Both the position numbers and the translations under genes were made by a program. A stretch of 63,948 nt of DNA, the filler included, from Folioceros fuciformis (lineage: Eukaryota), in NCBI GenBank assembly GCA_049999805.1. It is 9 parts of 9 records of this genome, joined end to end, with 100 filler letters (N's around TTAATTAATTAA, not from the genome) between each part and the next. Parts side by side here need not be neighbours in the genome. Positions count along the whole stretch, not along the records: positions 1 to 16,105 come from JBNGIO010003087.1; 8 more parts are not named here. The stretch is one strand, 5' to 3'. Below are positions 1 to 12,009 of this stretch, piece after piece. The notes beneath the pieces are model-generated. The model searched no databases. It was not told the origin of the DNA and saw only the letters and a program-made list of their open reading frames with translations. Numbering within the stretch: the first letter of the stretch is position 1; the number at the start of each line of letters is the position of its first letter.

Positions 1-2823
1 GTGCCTTGGAATCAGCAAATACTTCAACAACAGCCTGAGGTGATGTTCAAACAACGGCAGCAGCATCTGCTTCCGGCCCAGCACCAACAGCATCTGCATC
101 TGCCCCAGCAGCAGCAGCTTTGGCATCTGCATCCTCCCCAGCAGCAGGAGCATCTGCATCTGTCTCATCAGCAGCACGCGCCACAACATCATCAGCATCC
201 GCCCCAGCAGCAGCAGCATCGGCCACATGCTGTTGCACCTGGGGCCCCTGCAGTAGGTGCAAACATTGGAGCTCTAGGTATTGAGAAGAAACCATCTGCA
301 ATGCACTGTGGGATCTCGTTTTCGGACTTGGTGGCCTTACTTCTGCGTCATGTGCCTCAGGAGAAAGGCCAGCAAGTGGAAGCCTCCTTTCAGAAATTTA
401 AAGTGAGCAGATGCGGACTTCCTCTGCAGAATCTGGCTTCTAAGCTTGAATTCTTTGAGTTGGTCGGGAACGAGTATCTGAACAGACAGTTTGGTCTGTG
501 TGATTGGTTTTTTTTTTATCTTTGTGATGCTTACATGCTGGTGTTGTGCAGATCAACGAGATCAAGACAGAAGATTTTGTTCGAGAATGCCGTGTGACTG
601 TGGGGGATATCTTGTTTCTGCAGGCAGTCCAGCAGCTACAGCGCTATGCCCGTCATGCGGCTACCAATGTAATCAATACTCGAAGACCTGCGTGGGCAAC
701 TGCGTGCCGCACATTCTTTCCCTGATGTGAGTGCTGATGGTTGCGTTGCGACAGGTGAAGGTAGAGCCGCAAACTCCACTATCTCAGGGATCTCGAGAAC
801 CTCTTCCATTGCAGCACCAGACGATCCAAAACAGCCGAGCTGAGCTGCCTGGATCGAGTCAGCTGCAAAACCCGGGGTCACAGAAATTGGAAACTGTGGA
901 AAATGAGTCTAGTATACAGTTCTGCCAGCAGTCGGGAACAGGACCTTTTACAGTTGCTACATGTCGTCCTCTAACAGCTCCAGTGATCAGCGGTTGTACC
1001 CAACAGCCTCCTTCCATTGGGCCGAAGGCATTGCCTCTGCAACCGCCTAGTAGCCAGTGTCTACAATTGCAGGCTTGAGCAGCTACAGTGGACAATCCAT
1101 AGAGCAAGTATCAAACATCCGAATTTTGGTGGTCTGTCTGTGATATCCTCCTGCATTCTTGTGTCCTTGCAGGAGGAAGAAGAGCGGTTGCTGGCAGGAC
1201 CAAGTGAACAAGGCTGTATCACAGAGGCAACTCAGAAAGCTGCGCAAGATGAAGACGATATGTTGTTTCTGGATGAAGGGTTTTTACGTAAGAAACTACA
1301 TGACAAAGGTGAGCTGGCTTCTCCATCTTCCAAAAGAGTGCTGGAGGAATTGTGTGCACTGGTGGTTGTGTAGGATGTGGGAAGTGCTCACGAGCAATAA
1401 CTAAACTAATCTTGTGCGGGGCCATGCAGCTGAGGCCAAGGGTTTTCGGTCTGTGGGTGCTGACATGGAGAAATGGCTGTCTAAGGTTTGATGTTCCCGT
1501 GTGCCCCAACTTTTGTTTAGGGCAAACGTACCTGCACGTGAGAGTGGCAAGGTTTTTTATACTTCCTGGAGTTTTGTCTGGAACAGAGTGTAGTGACCTT
1601 ACTCTGTGCAGCTATGCTTGTTTGCAGGCTACAGAGGAGTTTATGCGTAAGATGTTGCACAACATAATCAAGTTGGCGAAGCAGGTAGCTTCTGACTTGC
1701 ACTTTCCAAGCTCAAACTTGGAGCCCACTTCATACCGTAGTCAGCAGAACGGACGGAGATAAGTAATAAAATGTTTTGGTTTGGTAGCGCTGTGATTCTG
1801 AGGACAGGCACAGAATTGTGGTTACAGCAGATGTACGCCGAGATGTCCTCTTGCAAAGGAAAAAAGAAAAAGACGCTCTGGAAAAGAAGCATGATGAAGA
1901 GAATACAAGGTCACGGAAGATGGCTGAGGTAGCCTGCTTACGTTCTGATAGCATGCTGGTTGAAATCTACGCTTTGCTTTGAAACAAGGTCTGTTTCTTC
2001 GGCTTGTGGAAAACTCGTTGCGATGGCTGCCAGTAGTGAAAAAACTGTTTTCCACCCGCCCAGGGACAGGACAAAGTCACGCTTGTAGATGTGGAAAAGG
2101 ATGAGCAACGTGCAAAAGCTCAAAAGGTACGGACAATGGGCACTCTGACTGTTAAATATTGCAGCTACTGTATTTTGCAGTGCTGTGGACATGACTGGTT
2201 GTGATTGGCGGGCACAGCAAGAAGAGGAAGAAAAAATGAGGGCCAAAGCAGCCAACATTGCCGCAAGACGAGCAATAGGTGCTGATGACATGCTCAGCAA
2301 GTGGACTATGCTAGCTGAACAAGGACGGCAGAAGCGGAAAGGTGGAGTTACAAGTATGTGGACAACCTGACAAACAAAACGATTGTGCATAATAATTGGA
2401 GGTTGTTCAAGGCCCAGATCAATTGAGCAGCTCGTGGTTTGCAGCTGATGGGCCTGATGGTGCAAAGAAACCAAAGAGGACAAGAGAGAGAGGGCATACA
2501 GGCCAAGAAGCCGCGCCAGGCAGGCCACAGCACATCGCAGGGGTCTCTAAACATCGGACGACAAGTGACAGACCCTCTGGTATTGTCTCCCTTCAATCAG
2601 TATTATGTGCGTTGCTTTCTGGACTTTGTCGAATAAACTGAGTTTAATTCACTTCGTGTTTCTGTTCATGTCAGGGCCGGGCCCAGGATCGGCATCTGCC
2701 ATAGGCAGGTCATATCGCATCACCATGAAGGATGTTCTTGCTGCCATGGAACGGGATCCACGGCTCGGGAAGAGTACTTTGCTCTACGAGTTGTACTCGA
2801 CGCAGGGGAAACCCATCTTCTAA
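1..2823 (+). CDS. TAF4: TFIID subunit TAF4/TAF4b-like (RST domain + TAF4 domain), multi-exon, 5' end outside the window
   Basis: Gln/His-rich N-terminal region. RST-like exons (ISFSDLVALLLRHVP..QKFK|INEIKTEDFVRECRVTVGD). TAF4-domain exons EEEERLLAGP..FLDEGFLRKKL, ATEEFMRKMLHNIIKLAKQ, MRAKAANIAARRAIGADDMLSKWTMLAEQGRQK and ITMKDVLAAMERDPRLGKSTLLYELY, joined by GT-AG introns. Stop at 2821-2823. Confidence 0.85.
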
Positions 2824-4129
2824 CGTCAACGATAGAGCGGTAATCAAGAATTGACTCGGCCGCTTGTTTCTGGATCTGCACCTCTCAACAATGGTTGTCT
2901 GAACCTAGCGATATGTATGCAAGTGTGTTTGAAGACTGAGGGGGTAGTCTTATCGCGCCAGTGACTTCCCCGCGTGCTTTTCAAGCCCCATGTTTGTAAA
3001 TGCCAATATGCCACCCTTCCCTGGCTGAGGCGCTGAGTCCACCTACGATGTTTCCGCCTCTCGTGTGCGGATTCTTGGAAGTCGATCGTGATGGAACTGG
3101 ACCAGGCACTGCTCCCTTCCTCCTAGGGCTTCGCTTACTCGAGAGCAGATTGCTTGCAACTGCAATCCTCAGCGCGCTGGCAAATTCATCCTCTGGTCAC
3201 CCAAGCTGGTAGTCACGAATCTCCGATGGCGTTGCATCCTGCCATGGGACATCAGGGTATGCTTCTGTTCCCGCTGATACGTCCAGGCGTCCTGCATAGT
3301 CTTAGGGGCAGCTATGTTTCCGAGGTGGATAAGCAATTGCAAGAACCTGCCGGACGTCCCTTGAGCTTGCCTTTGGACATGCAGCCTCATATGAGGCCAG
3401 TGGTTTCTCAGTTCCACCGCCACCCCGATTTTGAGCAAGACTCAGGAAGCCTGTCACACAAACTCACGACTCACAGCCAGCGTCGCGGCACCATCGCCAC
3501 CAGGAAGCCAATATTGTTCTTCTGAATGCCCGGGGACCTCAGACCAGCCGGATCATGCCATCTGGTTCAACTCAGTCAGTGCCGAAGCCATCGCTCGTCT
3601 GTCAGTTCTCGATCCAGCTCCTAGCTAGGGTGCAGCGGAGATCCACTTGGAGTATTCTAAGGGCAGCATCCATCTGGCAGCGATCCCGAGCATTTGGCTT
3701 GCGGTGGGGGAATTCAACCTTTGCAGGAATCCTAGCAAGTTTTCCCTCCTGTCTATACGGCCGCCGGCCCCTAGCCGCAAGAGAACTCCAAAACTAAAGG
3801 CATCACGCAACACGAATGAAGACAGTACTTGATACAATTTGCGCAGGAGAACATCAGTGTTCGATCGAAGGTATGCGTTCTTGCATCTGGCCATAGATGC
3901 ATAGGTAAGACACATAGATGCTCCAACTTGAGAAGGATTACTTTCTGATTCAAGAGTTGGCATGGCTTACAGGTTAGCCTACTACTGGATCGCCAATCAC
4001 AGTTAGTTAGTGCCAATGTTTCACATCTCAATCCTCAAAACAACCCTCTGCACGCGCAAGGTGCAAAGTGCGTCGTAGTGACATCCTTGCCCTATCACGA
4101 GCGACTTCGTCAATGTCGGATCCGGACGC

Positions 4130-5120
4130 TCACGTCGCTGACGCATTGATATCCCGGACGCCAGGCAGGTCCCTCACGTTGACACGCTCAAGCCGTGGGA
4201 CGGCATTGTTATTTCTGCTCGCACCGCCATCATCCATGATCACATACGCGTCTGGCTCTGCGTTACGCCAGTACACGACGTCCCGAGCGGTTCCGAAGCG
4301 GATTTGCAGACAGCAAGACACAAGCATCATTGTATCGCCACGAACAGTCGGCTGCAAGATGGACAGAGTGCTGTAGTGGTACTCCCCGTTTTCCCACGCT
4401 GCTGATGATAAACCTTGGTCCGGATCCAGTCGCAGCATTCCCAACAACTGTGGCCGAGTTCCGTGGAACACGGTGCACATGCCATTCTGCATGTCCGTGC
4501 AAATTCCAGCCACGGCCGAAGCAGATACATATGACGCAACGCAACGCAGCACAGCAGCTGGCGTCAGTAGAGAGTTTCGCATACCAATAACTTGAACAAG
4601 CATCATGAAATGTGAGCTCATCTCACGTGCGGATGAGCTCTCATCAGGACTCCCAACGCGGTCTCTCCCGTGCGGCTGTTCACCGGGTACAGAACGGGCA
4701 CCATGACACCCTCAAGTCTCCACAGAGGATTCTTAATGTCTGGTGGAAGAGGACCGAGGTCGATGCATATCTCCAGCGGGTTCCGAGCACGGGACTGGCA
4801 TCCTGCGGGTGCATCCATGCACGAGTGGCCGATCAGCGCACTTAACCCTATAGCGCCACGGGCAGAAGATCAACAACAAGCGTGCGGAAAACTTGAAGCA
4901 AGAAGCAAGATAGAGTAGTCGTCCACTTCACCTCCCATCCTCCTCCGCGTGCTTGCGTAATCCGTAGCGTGTACTCCCGCGTCTTGATGGCAGCTTGCGA
5001 ACCATACCAGCCTCGCCATTGGAAGCAAGCCACGTGCTCCTTTACGGCCTGCTACGAACAGGGGGACGTGAACGTGCATACAGAAGTTGGACAGTTAGTC
5101 CACGACTCCGTTAGAACGAG
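4130..5120 (-). pseudogene. Tandem KOW/SH3-like family gene, copy A (intactness uncertain)
   Basis: Exons ..IKNPLWRLEGVMVPVLYP..LGVLMRAHPH|gtgaga and CTVFHG..LSILQPTVRGDTMMLVSCCLQIRFGTAR..AYVIMD..NRNN-like..VNVRD align with copy B. Confidence 0.5.
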
Positions 5121-5334
5121 CCTAGAGATTCTCAATCCGGCTTCTGAAGCTGGATTGTGAGTCCTGGACTCTCGTAGAACGCAGTCAGTCCCAAAGTGAA
5201 AATAAAGTACCTTAAAATTGACAGGATAGGCTGCTATGCATATGCATTAGGACTGAAAGTATCCGATAGTTAAATTATGTTATCTGCCTTCAAGAATATT
5301 GTTTTTCTCATACAGTCATCTATGTTTGTTGCAT

Positions 5335-6760
5335 GTTGCACAACTCCTGCTCTGAGTGGTTTTGCAAGTATGAATTCTTCTTTGTTGTTGTCATTCTTAG
5401 TTGACATGATGTTTAATTCTTTGCAGGGCTTAATCGTCTTAGATCATTCTAGCTAGCTTCGTTTCATTCGCCGCAACGATTCAAATGACATTGCAACTTA
5501 TTCTAATCGATCTTGAGAGGGCAGAAAGTCTAGTAGAACAGTGGGGACTAGGTGAAGAATTATCGCAAATTTTAGCTTGAAGCTCCTGCGTGTCCCATTA
5601 CACTTTCCTTTTCATTTGGCACCTTGGCAATTACTATTACATTACCATTCGCTTGCTTGTTGTTGAGAGTTGGTCCACACATAGCACACTACTTGCCACA
5701 CCACACACTGTCTCATGAATTTCATCTACATGTGCATCCTATTTCATTCAGCAATGCTTATGAAATCCTAGTAACTCTTCAATAGCATGAGTAAAGCAAC
5801 TTTTGCAGACCTCATGGAGCAGCCACAAGCTCCTCCCTGACCACTTTAGGACTTGGATGCACTATTGGGAATGTATACTTCTTTCTACCACCTTAAATTT
5901 ATCTTGTTGGTTATATACATGACAACGTCGCTCTGGCAATTTGATTGTGTATACAATCCCCTGCAAATGCGTCTGGCAGCTTGGCAATTTGGAGCAATAT
6001 GATCTCGTGCACATGCATTTGGCGGCTTGGTTAGCTAGGCCTCCATCAATCAAGGGCAAAAGGCTAACTCAACATACCCCACATTACCCAACTTTAAAGA
6101 CACAAGTCAAATATGATGGCCAAGATAAAATGAGAAGTCGGCATTCCTATCGGTGTGTAGGGAACTATGTTATAACAGCCAAGGAGGCAATCCCTCCTGG
6201 CCTGTTCCTCTACATATTAAAGTACCAAGCTCATAGGCTGTCCCCTTAGTGCAGGTTAGCTCAAATCAAGAGTGGGAGCAATTGCAACCTGGCCTAAGTG
6301 TAGCAAACTGACAGACCTAAAGCTTGTACAGTGGAAATGCCACCACCCCCATCCCTTTTTTTGGCAAGTGAAATTGCCATTGTTCCCATCTCGATTTGGC
6401 AAGTGAAATTGCCATTGTCCCTATCTCGATTGTTGGCAAGTGAATCCAATTGCGGAGTTGTTCCACATGAACTTGGTAGCATAATGAGATTGTACAAGAT
6501 GAACTTGCCATCCAATGAGTTCATAGCAAATAAATCCATAGGGGATTGATAGGCAAATGATTTCTTATTATATCTATTTCTACCTATTTATGACTATTTA
6601 TTAGTAGTTTATTTTATCACTTCCTATTTAATCATATTATGTCTATTAAATATATTATCTAAATATTAAACTACGTGTTCTAAGTACCTTGAGCTTGTTT
6701 TTTTATCGTGTTGGCCTTTTCTTATGCGATTTTGGAAACAAAGTTTGTAGGCTATGCACA
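5335..6760. repeat. ~1.4-1.6 kb degraded repeat unit, copy 1 (possible MULE/SWIM-type transposase relic on the - strand)
   Basis: Colinear with 6895-8525 (e.g. gatcttgagagg..aaagtctagtagaac at ~5510 and ~6987; ggacttggatgcactattgggaatgtatac). Stop-riddled minus-strand translation shows CGCSMRF and HVDE. Confidence 0.55.
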
Positions 6761-7614
6761 TATGTTAGGTATGAAAGTATCGTGATGATTAGTTTATCTT
6801 ACATAGCTTGTTTCTTCTTGGACGCTAACGCTACTTGTTTCTTCTTGGACGCTAACGCTACTTGTTTCTTTTTGGACGCTAACGCTAACGTAATTGTGTT
6901 GCACAAATCCTGCTCCGCTCCCATTTTGCAACAACTTCATTTCATTTAACACAACCATTTAGATGCCATTGCAACTTCTTCTGATTGATCTTGAGAGGAC
7001 AAAAAGTCTAGTAGAACCGTGGGGAGCGGCTCAAGAATTATCACAAATTTGAACTTGAAGCTTCACAATGTGAAGCATTCATGTCATGAATTTCATCTAC
7101 ATGCGCGTCGCATCTATTTTATTCAGCAGTGCCTACAAATTTCGAGCAGCGCTTTTCGGTAGCATGTGTAAAGCAACTCTTGCAAACCTCATGGAGCAAC
7201 CACAAGATCGTCCCTGGCTACCTCCGGACTTTGGATGCACTATTGGGAATGTATACCCCTTTCTACGACCTCAAATTCATCTCGTTGGGTTTGCACATGA
7301 CAACATTCCTTTGGCAATTTGGAGCAATACTGTATCTCCCCTACATATGCATTTGGAGCCTTGGTCTTGTGCCCTTTAATTAAGGGCTAAAAGGGTAACT
7401 CAGTATATACCCCTATATTACCCAACTTTTAAGGCACAAATCAGATGTAATGGCCAAGTTAGAACAAGAAGTAGGCATTCCTGTGGTGTTTAGGGGATTG
7501 CTTCATAATAAGCCAAGGAATCCATTCCTCTTGGCCTATTTGTAGTTCCTCTACATATCAAAGTACCAAGCTGATAAGTTGTCATCCTCCTCTTAGTGCA
7601 GAGAGTTGTGGCAA

Positions 7615-7935
7615 AGGCTTGGTCCGCAACCGCAACCTGTGGCACGGACCAACTGCAACCCGTGACAAAGGTTTGGTCCGCAACCACAACCTGGGGCACA
7701 GACCAACCGCAACCTGTGGCACGGACCAACTGCAACCTGTGACAAAGGTTTGGTCCGCAACCACAACCTGGGGCACTGACCAACTGCAACCTGTGACAAA
7801 GGTTTGGTCCGCAACCACAACTTGGGGCACGGACCAACTGCAACCTGTGACAAAGGTTTGGTCCGCAACCACAACTTGGGGCATGGACCAACTGCAACCT
7901 TTGCTACACACTTGGTCCACAACCACAACCTTCAC
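7615..7935. repeat. 54-bp minisatellite, ~5-6 units
   Basis: Unit gacaaaggtttggtccgcaaccacaacctggggcacggaccaactgcaacctgt, directly abutting. Confidence 0.9.
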
Positions 7936-8034
7936 TTGTGTGCGGCGTTTCACTTGCTCCTTCCAACTCAGGAAACCAACAGTCAAAGAAAACTATGAGC
8001 TTGTACAAAGGAAATGCCAGCATCCCCCTCCCGA

Positions 8035-8272
8035 TTGTTGGCAAGTGAAAAACGCCATTGTCTCCATCTCTACTGTTGGCAAGTGAGTCTAATTGTACCC
8101 ATCTCTCCTGTTAGCAAGTGAGTCTAATTGTCCCCATCTCTACTGTTGGCAAGTGAGTCTAATTGTCCCCATCTCTCCTGTTAGCAAGTGAGTCTAATTG
8201 TCCCCATCTCTACTATTGGCAAGTGAGTCTAATTGTCCCCATCTCTCCTGTTGGCAAGTGAGTCTAATTGTG
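8035..8272. repeat. 35-bp minisatellite, ~6 units
   Basis: Unit ccccatctct(a/c)ctgtt(g/a)gcaagtgagtctaattgt, with alternating variants. Confidence 0.9.
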
Positions 8273-9382
8273 AAATTATTCGAGATAATCTTGAAATCAA
8301 ATGAATCCATATGAATTCATAGGAATTGATAAGAAAATTATTTTTTAATTACACCTATTTCTACCTACTTATGAATATTTATTATTTTTCAATTTTTATT
8401 TAATTAATTATAATTATATTAATTAAATTATATTATGTACATATTAAATTACGTATGTAGCTAATCTTTCTTTCTGTTGTGTTGGCCTTTTTTTTTGTGC
8501 TGTTTTGGAAACCAAGTTTGTACACCTAGTTGGGTTGCTGCTAGCAAATAGCTTTGTTTTATGAACTTTTAATTGATTTCTTCTATTTACAAAGCTGTAC
8601 AAACTTTTCTAAGAAAAAAAGAATAATATCAATAAGAAACATTACCTTGATCCTTAAATTTTTAACTTATACAACACAATTGGATGGAGTACTACGATGC
8701 TCCCATCCACCAGCTACGGAGTAGCAAGTCCACACATTGCAAGCTCATGACCTGCTAGCCTCCCCTTAGTGCAGAGAGCTATGGCGAAGCCTTGGTGCTT
8801 CACTCACCACCTCCAACTTGGGAAAATAATGGGCCTACTGTTCTAAGCAAAGCTGGTGCAGTGAAAATGCCACAATCCCCCATTCCTATTGTTGGCAAAT
8901 GAGTCCATATAGGAATTGGTTCGAGATGAGCTTGCTATGTAATTTCCAATCCTTGGTAGTGCAATCAGGCATGAAATAGTAGGCGGGATTGAATGTGGAG
9001 TAATTTTGATACTGCATAGAGAGAGCTGCACACGAAGCTGATAGGATTTAACAGCGGTCTCAAACGATAGGATATCTCGTGTCCAGAGCTCCACAACGAT
9101 GTACTATGGCTCAGTAAGGCTAAACTTCTCATCAGTGTCAACAGATTTTGACGAGGCTAGAATGATGGGGCGATGTCTACATGCATTGTTGATCTCCAAC
9201 GAGCACACTCCGTGCAAATGGTTCCATAACTAAGTTACTTCGATCGGTACGATGGAGGCAGGCACGTCCGCTGATTAATCACACACCGTTGCTGAGCAAG
9301 ATGCATGGATATCCATGGAGTCCATGGACGCGTAATACTATCCATCCTCACCAGCCTCCGAGAGATCTGGACCTCAGGGTCC

Positions 9383-10298
9383 TCACACATCTGGTATCAA
9401 GGCCGTGTCGCTCACCTTCACGCTGACGAACTCTCGAACGATAACAGCATTGTTCCTGTTCGCCCCGACCACATCCAAGACCACATAAACACGCGGCTCT
9501 GAGCCGAAAGGCGAGTAGATGCGCCGAACGCCTCCCAATCGCCCACGCAGATAGCCGGATAGAATCATAACTCTCTGCCCCCGCGCTCTAGGCCGCAAGA
9601 TGGACAGATCGCGGTGATGGAACACTTGGCCTGACACGGTGGCTTCCGGATTCGATCGCAGCCGCTCCAGTCTCCGCGGACTTCCTTCGAACACAGTGCA
9701 CCAGGCGTCCTGGGTGTCACAAGTTCCAGCCCAACACGCGCAATGCAGCACGGCAATGGTGTTAGAACACTACTCCACCGGCCCTCATCAGCACGGAAGG
9801 AACTACCCAACCACTGTGGTGCACAGATCTCACGTGCGGATGAACTCGCAACAGAACCCCGACTCGCTTCTCGGTCGTGCCGTTGCTCGACACCGGGTAC
9901 TCCACAGCCACTCCTAGACCTTCCAGCCTCCATAGAGGATTCCTAATGCCCGAGGGAAGCAGAGAAACATCGTCGCGCCGGCTTCGCCCCGAAATTGAGC
10001 TGGATGCTGCCCTCGAGCGTTAGGTGCCCTGCCACATTAGCCTAATCCCACAGTGCCAATGGGCACATGGCCAGCACATGTAGAATCACCCCCACAAACT
10101 TGACGCAAACATGAAGATAGATCGGTAGTGCTCACGCACCTGAACCCATACTTGGAGCCACTCCGTGCACTTCGCACCAAGCGTCTGGCGATAGATGAAA
10201 ACGATCAATCGGTGCTCCATCGTCGCCTCCCCCACACTTCTCCTCATAAATGCCTCAAGAAGTTGGACAGTCGGTCGTGGACTTCTCGCATTCTCCAT
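9383..10298 (-). pseudogene. Tandem KOW/SH3-like family gene, copy B (best preserved; apparent frameshift in exon 2)
   Basis: ATG at 10298 (MENARSPRPTVQLL..WVQ|gt). Exon NPLWRLEGLGVAVEYP..RVGVLLRVHPH|gtgaga. Final exon DAWCTVFEG..LSILRPRARGQRVMILSGYLRGRLGGVRRI..VYVVLD..VSVKVSDTALIPDV* contains a KOW-type G-x-x-V-x-I-x-x-G-x-x-R-G-x-x-G-x-V motif. Confidence 0.55.
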
Positions 10299-10577
10299 CG
10301 CTCCCAGATTCTCTTCACCCCAGACTTGGAGGCCATAGCTAGCATGTTTGGATCTGGATGTTGAATTTCTGTAAACTCTCACACCCATTTCAAGATCAAT
10401 AAAAAAATAAACATATAAACTCAAAAAATAGCCAGGACTTCATTTAGTCGTACCTTAAGATAACAATTTCTAGCTTAAATTTTTCATTGGGTAAATATCA
10501 TGGTATAACTTTCTACACTTAATCTAGTAAGAAAAGGTTACGCTTCGTTTTCCTTCCCAAACAGTATTCATATTTTT

Positions 10578-10716
10578 ATTTAGGGTTAATATTATAACTT
10601 TAGTGTTTAGGGTTAATATTTTACCTTTAGGGTTAATATTTTATCTTAAGGGTTAATATTTTAGGTTTAGGGTTTAGGGTTAATATTTTGACTTTAGGGT
10701 CTAGAGATTAGGGTTT
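10578..10716 (+). repeat. Degenerate interstitial plant telomere-like (TTTAGGG) repeats with AT spacers
   Basis: Repeated tttagggttaatatt and tttagggtttagggt. Confidence 0.6.
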
Positions 10717-11129
10717 CATATAAATTTTGAATGGAAAACAAAAAAAGTAATTCAGACTTGGTACTTTATCATACTATCTACGAAGTGGATAATAAAGCGA
10801 TAAGTAAGAAAAGGGATAAAATCTTCATAAATTGTTATTATAAATAATAATTAATCTTCGTCAGAATTATACTTAGTTTGAGTAATGAATGATGACGTCG
10901 TAAAAGTGGGAGTGAAGTCACTCAATTTTCATGACTGAAAGTAAGTGAAGGTTTTGCTCGTGTTCTAAGATTAGTAAGTGCTAAGTCGATTTGGTAAAAA
11001 ACGTAACAAATACAAACAGATCATACAAATCAATCTCCGGTAGTGCAATGAAGCCTAATCTGGTAAGTGGCCGAATCCCTCTTGTCCCTCTTGATAACGT
11101 TTCCATCTCCAACTTAATGTGACGCTGTT

Positions 11130-11930
11130 TTGTTTTGAATCGTCTCGTACATACTACTGCAGAGCAAAGTAGACTTCCTACAAACTGCATCCCTTCCCAA
11201 AGACGCAATAGCACGTCCTTCAATGGTGAGGACGTGTTGGGACCTTCTAGCATGAGGATTCCTGCTGATGCAGATCCCTGGCCTGGCCATGACGTGAAGG
11301 AAAGACGAATTAATCTTAACCCAGTTCGGGGTGAACGAGGATGAGAAAGAGGTGCATACTTGGTGATTGAAGGGAGAGAATACCAGGGGGTGTGCTGTGT
11401 CTGCCTGACCCAGCTCCTTGGCTTGTGTGTCCTTGCAATTGGTCAAGCTCAAATTATCACCATCCTCAGATTTTAGAGGACGGCCCAGTGCACATGTCCA
11501 TGGCCAGTTTAGCTTTTGGTATAGGCATTTCCCACACCCTACACAACCACCAATGCGTGCCATTATCCCCCGAGGCTCAGGACAGATGCAGAAGCCAGCT
11601 TAATGGCCTAAGTCTTTCCGCTTTCTGCGTAAAACCGCCCTATCTAGGAGCGACGTATCTTCATTATCTTGACTAGTTGTTGTCAACAATGTATATGTAT
11701 TGCTGCTTTTTCCCGTTGGTCGTCCCAGGAACTGCTGTTGTCCATCCTACAACGAATCAAGAATGCATGAGGCTGTGACAGATGAACCAAGATTCCCCCC
11801 ACTCCCAACCAACTTACCCACAATCTCAAGAACATCTTACCCCGAGGTTTCCGCCACTCATGGCCGTGGCATCACGGTCCATATCGATGCTCTGATTAAA
11901 GACACCCGTGATTTTCAGCTTCTTCCTGCA
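11130..11930 (-). pseudogene. Inverted, internally deleted TAF4 relic with introns
   Basis: Reverse complement matches TAF4 exons and introns (ggtggttgtgtagg.tgtgggaa.tgc; ctggtatt.tctcccttcaatca). Translations KKLKITGVFNQSIDMDRDATAMSGGNLG and LGRDAVCRKSTLL, versus MERDPRLGKSTLL in the + strand gene. Frameshifts present. Confidence 0.75.
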
Positions 11931-12009
11931 CCCCAACACAAGAAGGCTACCGTCATAGACTGCCAGCCAAATGCCCAACGTCTTAGCTTCATCCGACGGC
12001 GTCGACGTA

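Larger units (their letters stand above)
6895..8525. repeat. Degraded repeat unit, copy 2, with internal minisatellite expansions
   Basis: Direct repeat of 5335-6760. A third, partial copy lies at ~8750-8940. Confidence 0.6.

Noticed and set aside
7490-8086. Several overlapping 110-155 aa Cys-rich repetitive ORFs
   Set aside because: They arise from a 54-bp (multiple of 3) minisatellite that is open in many frames. There is no gene structure.
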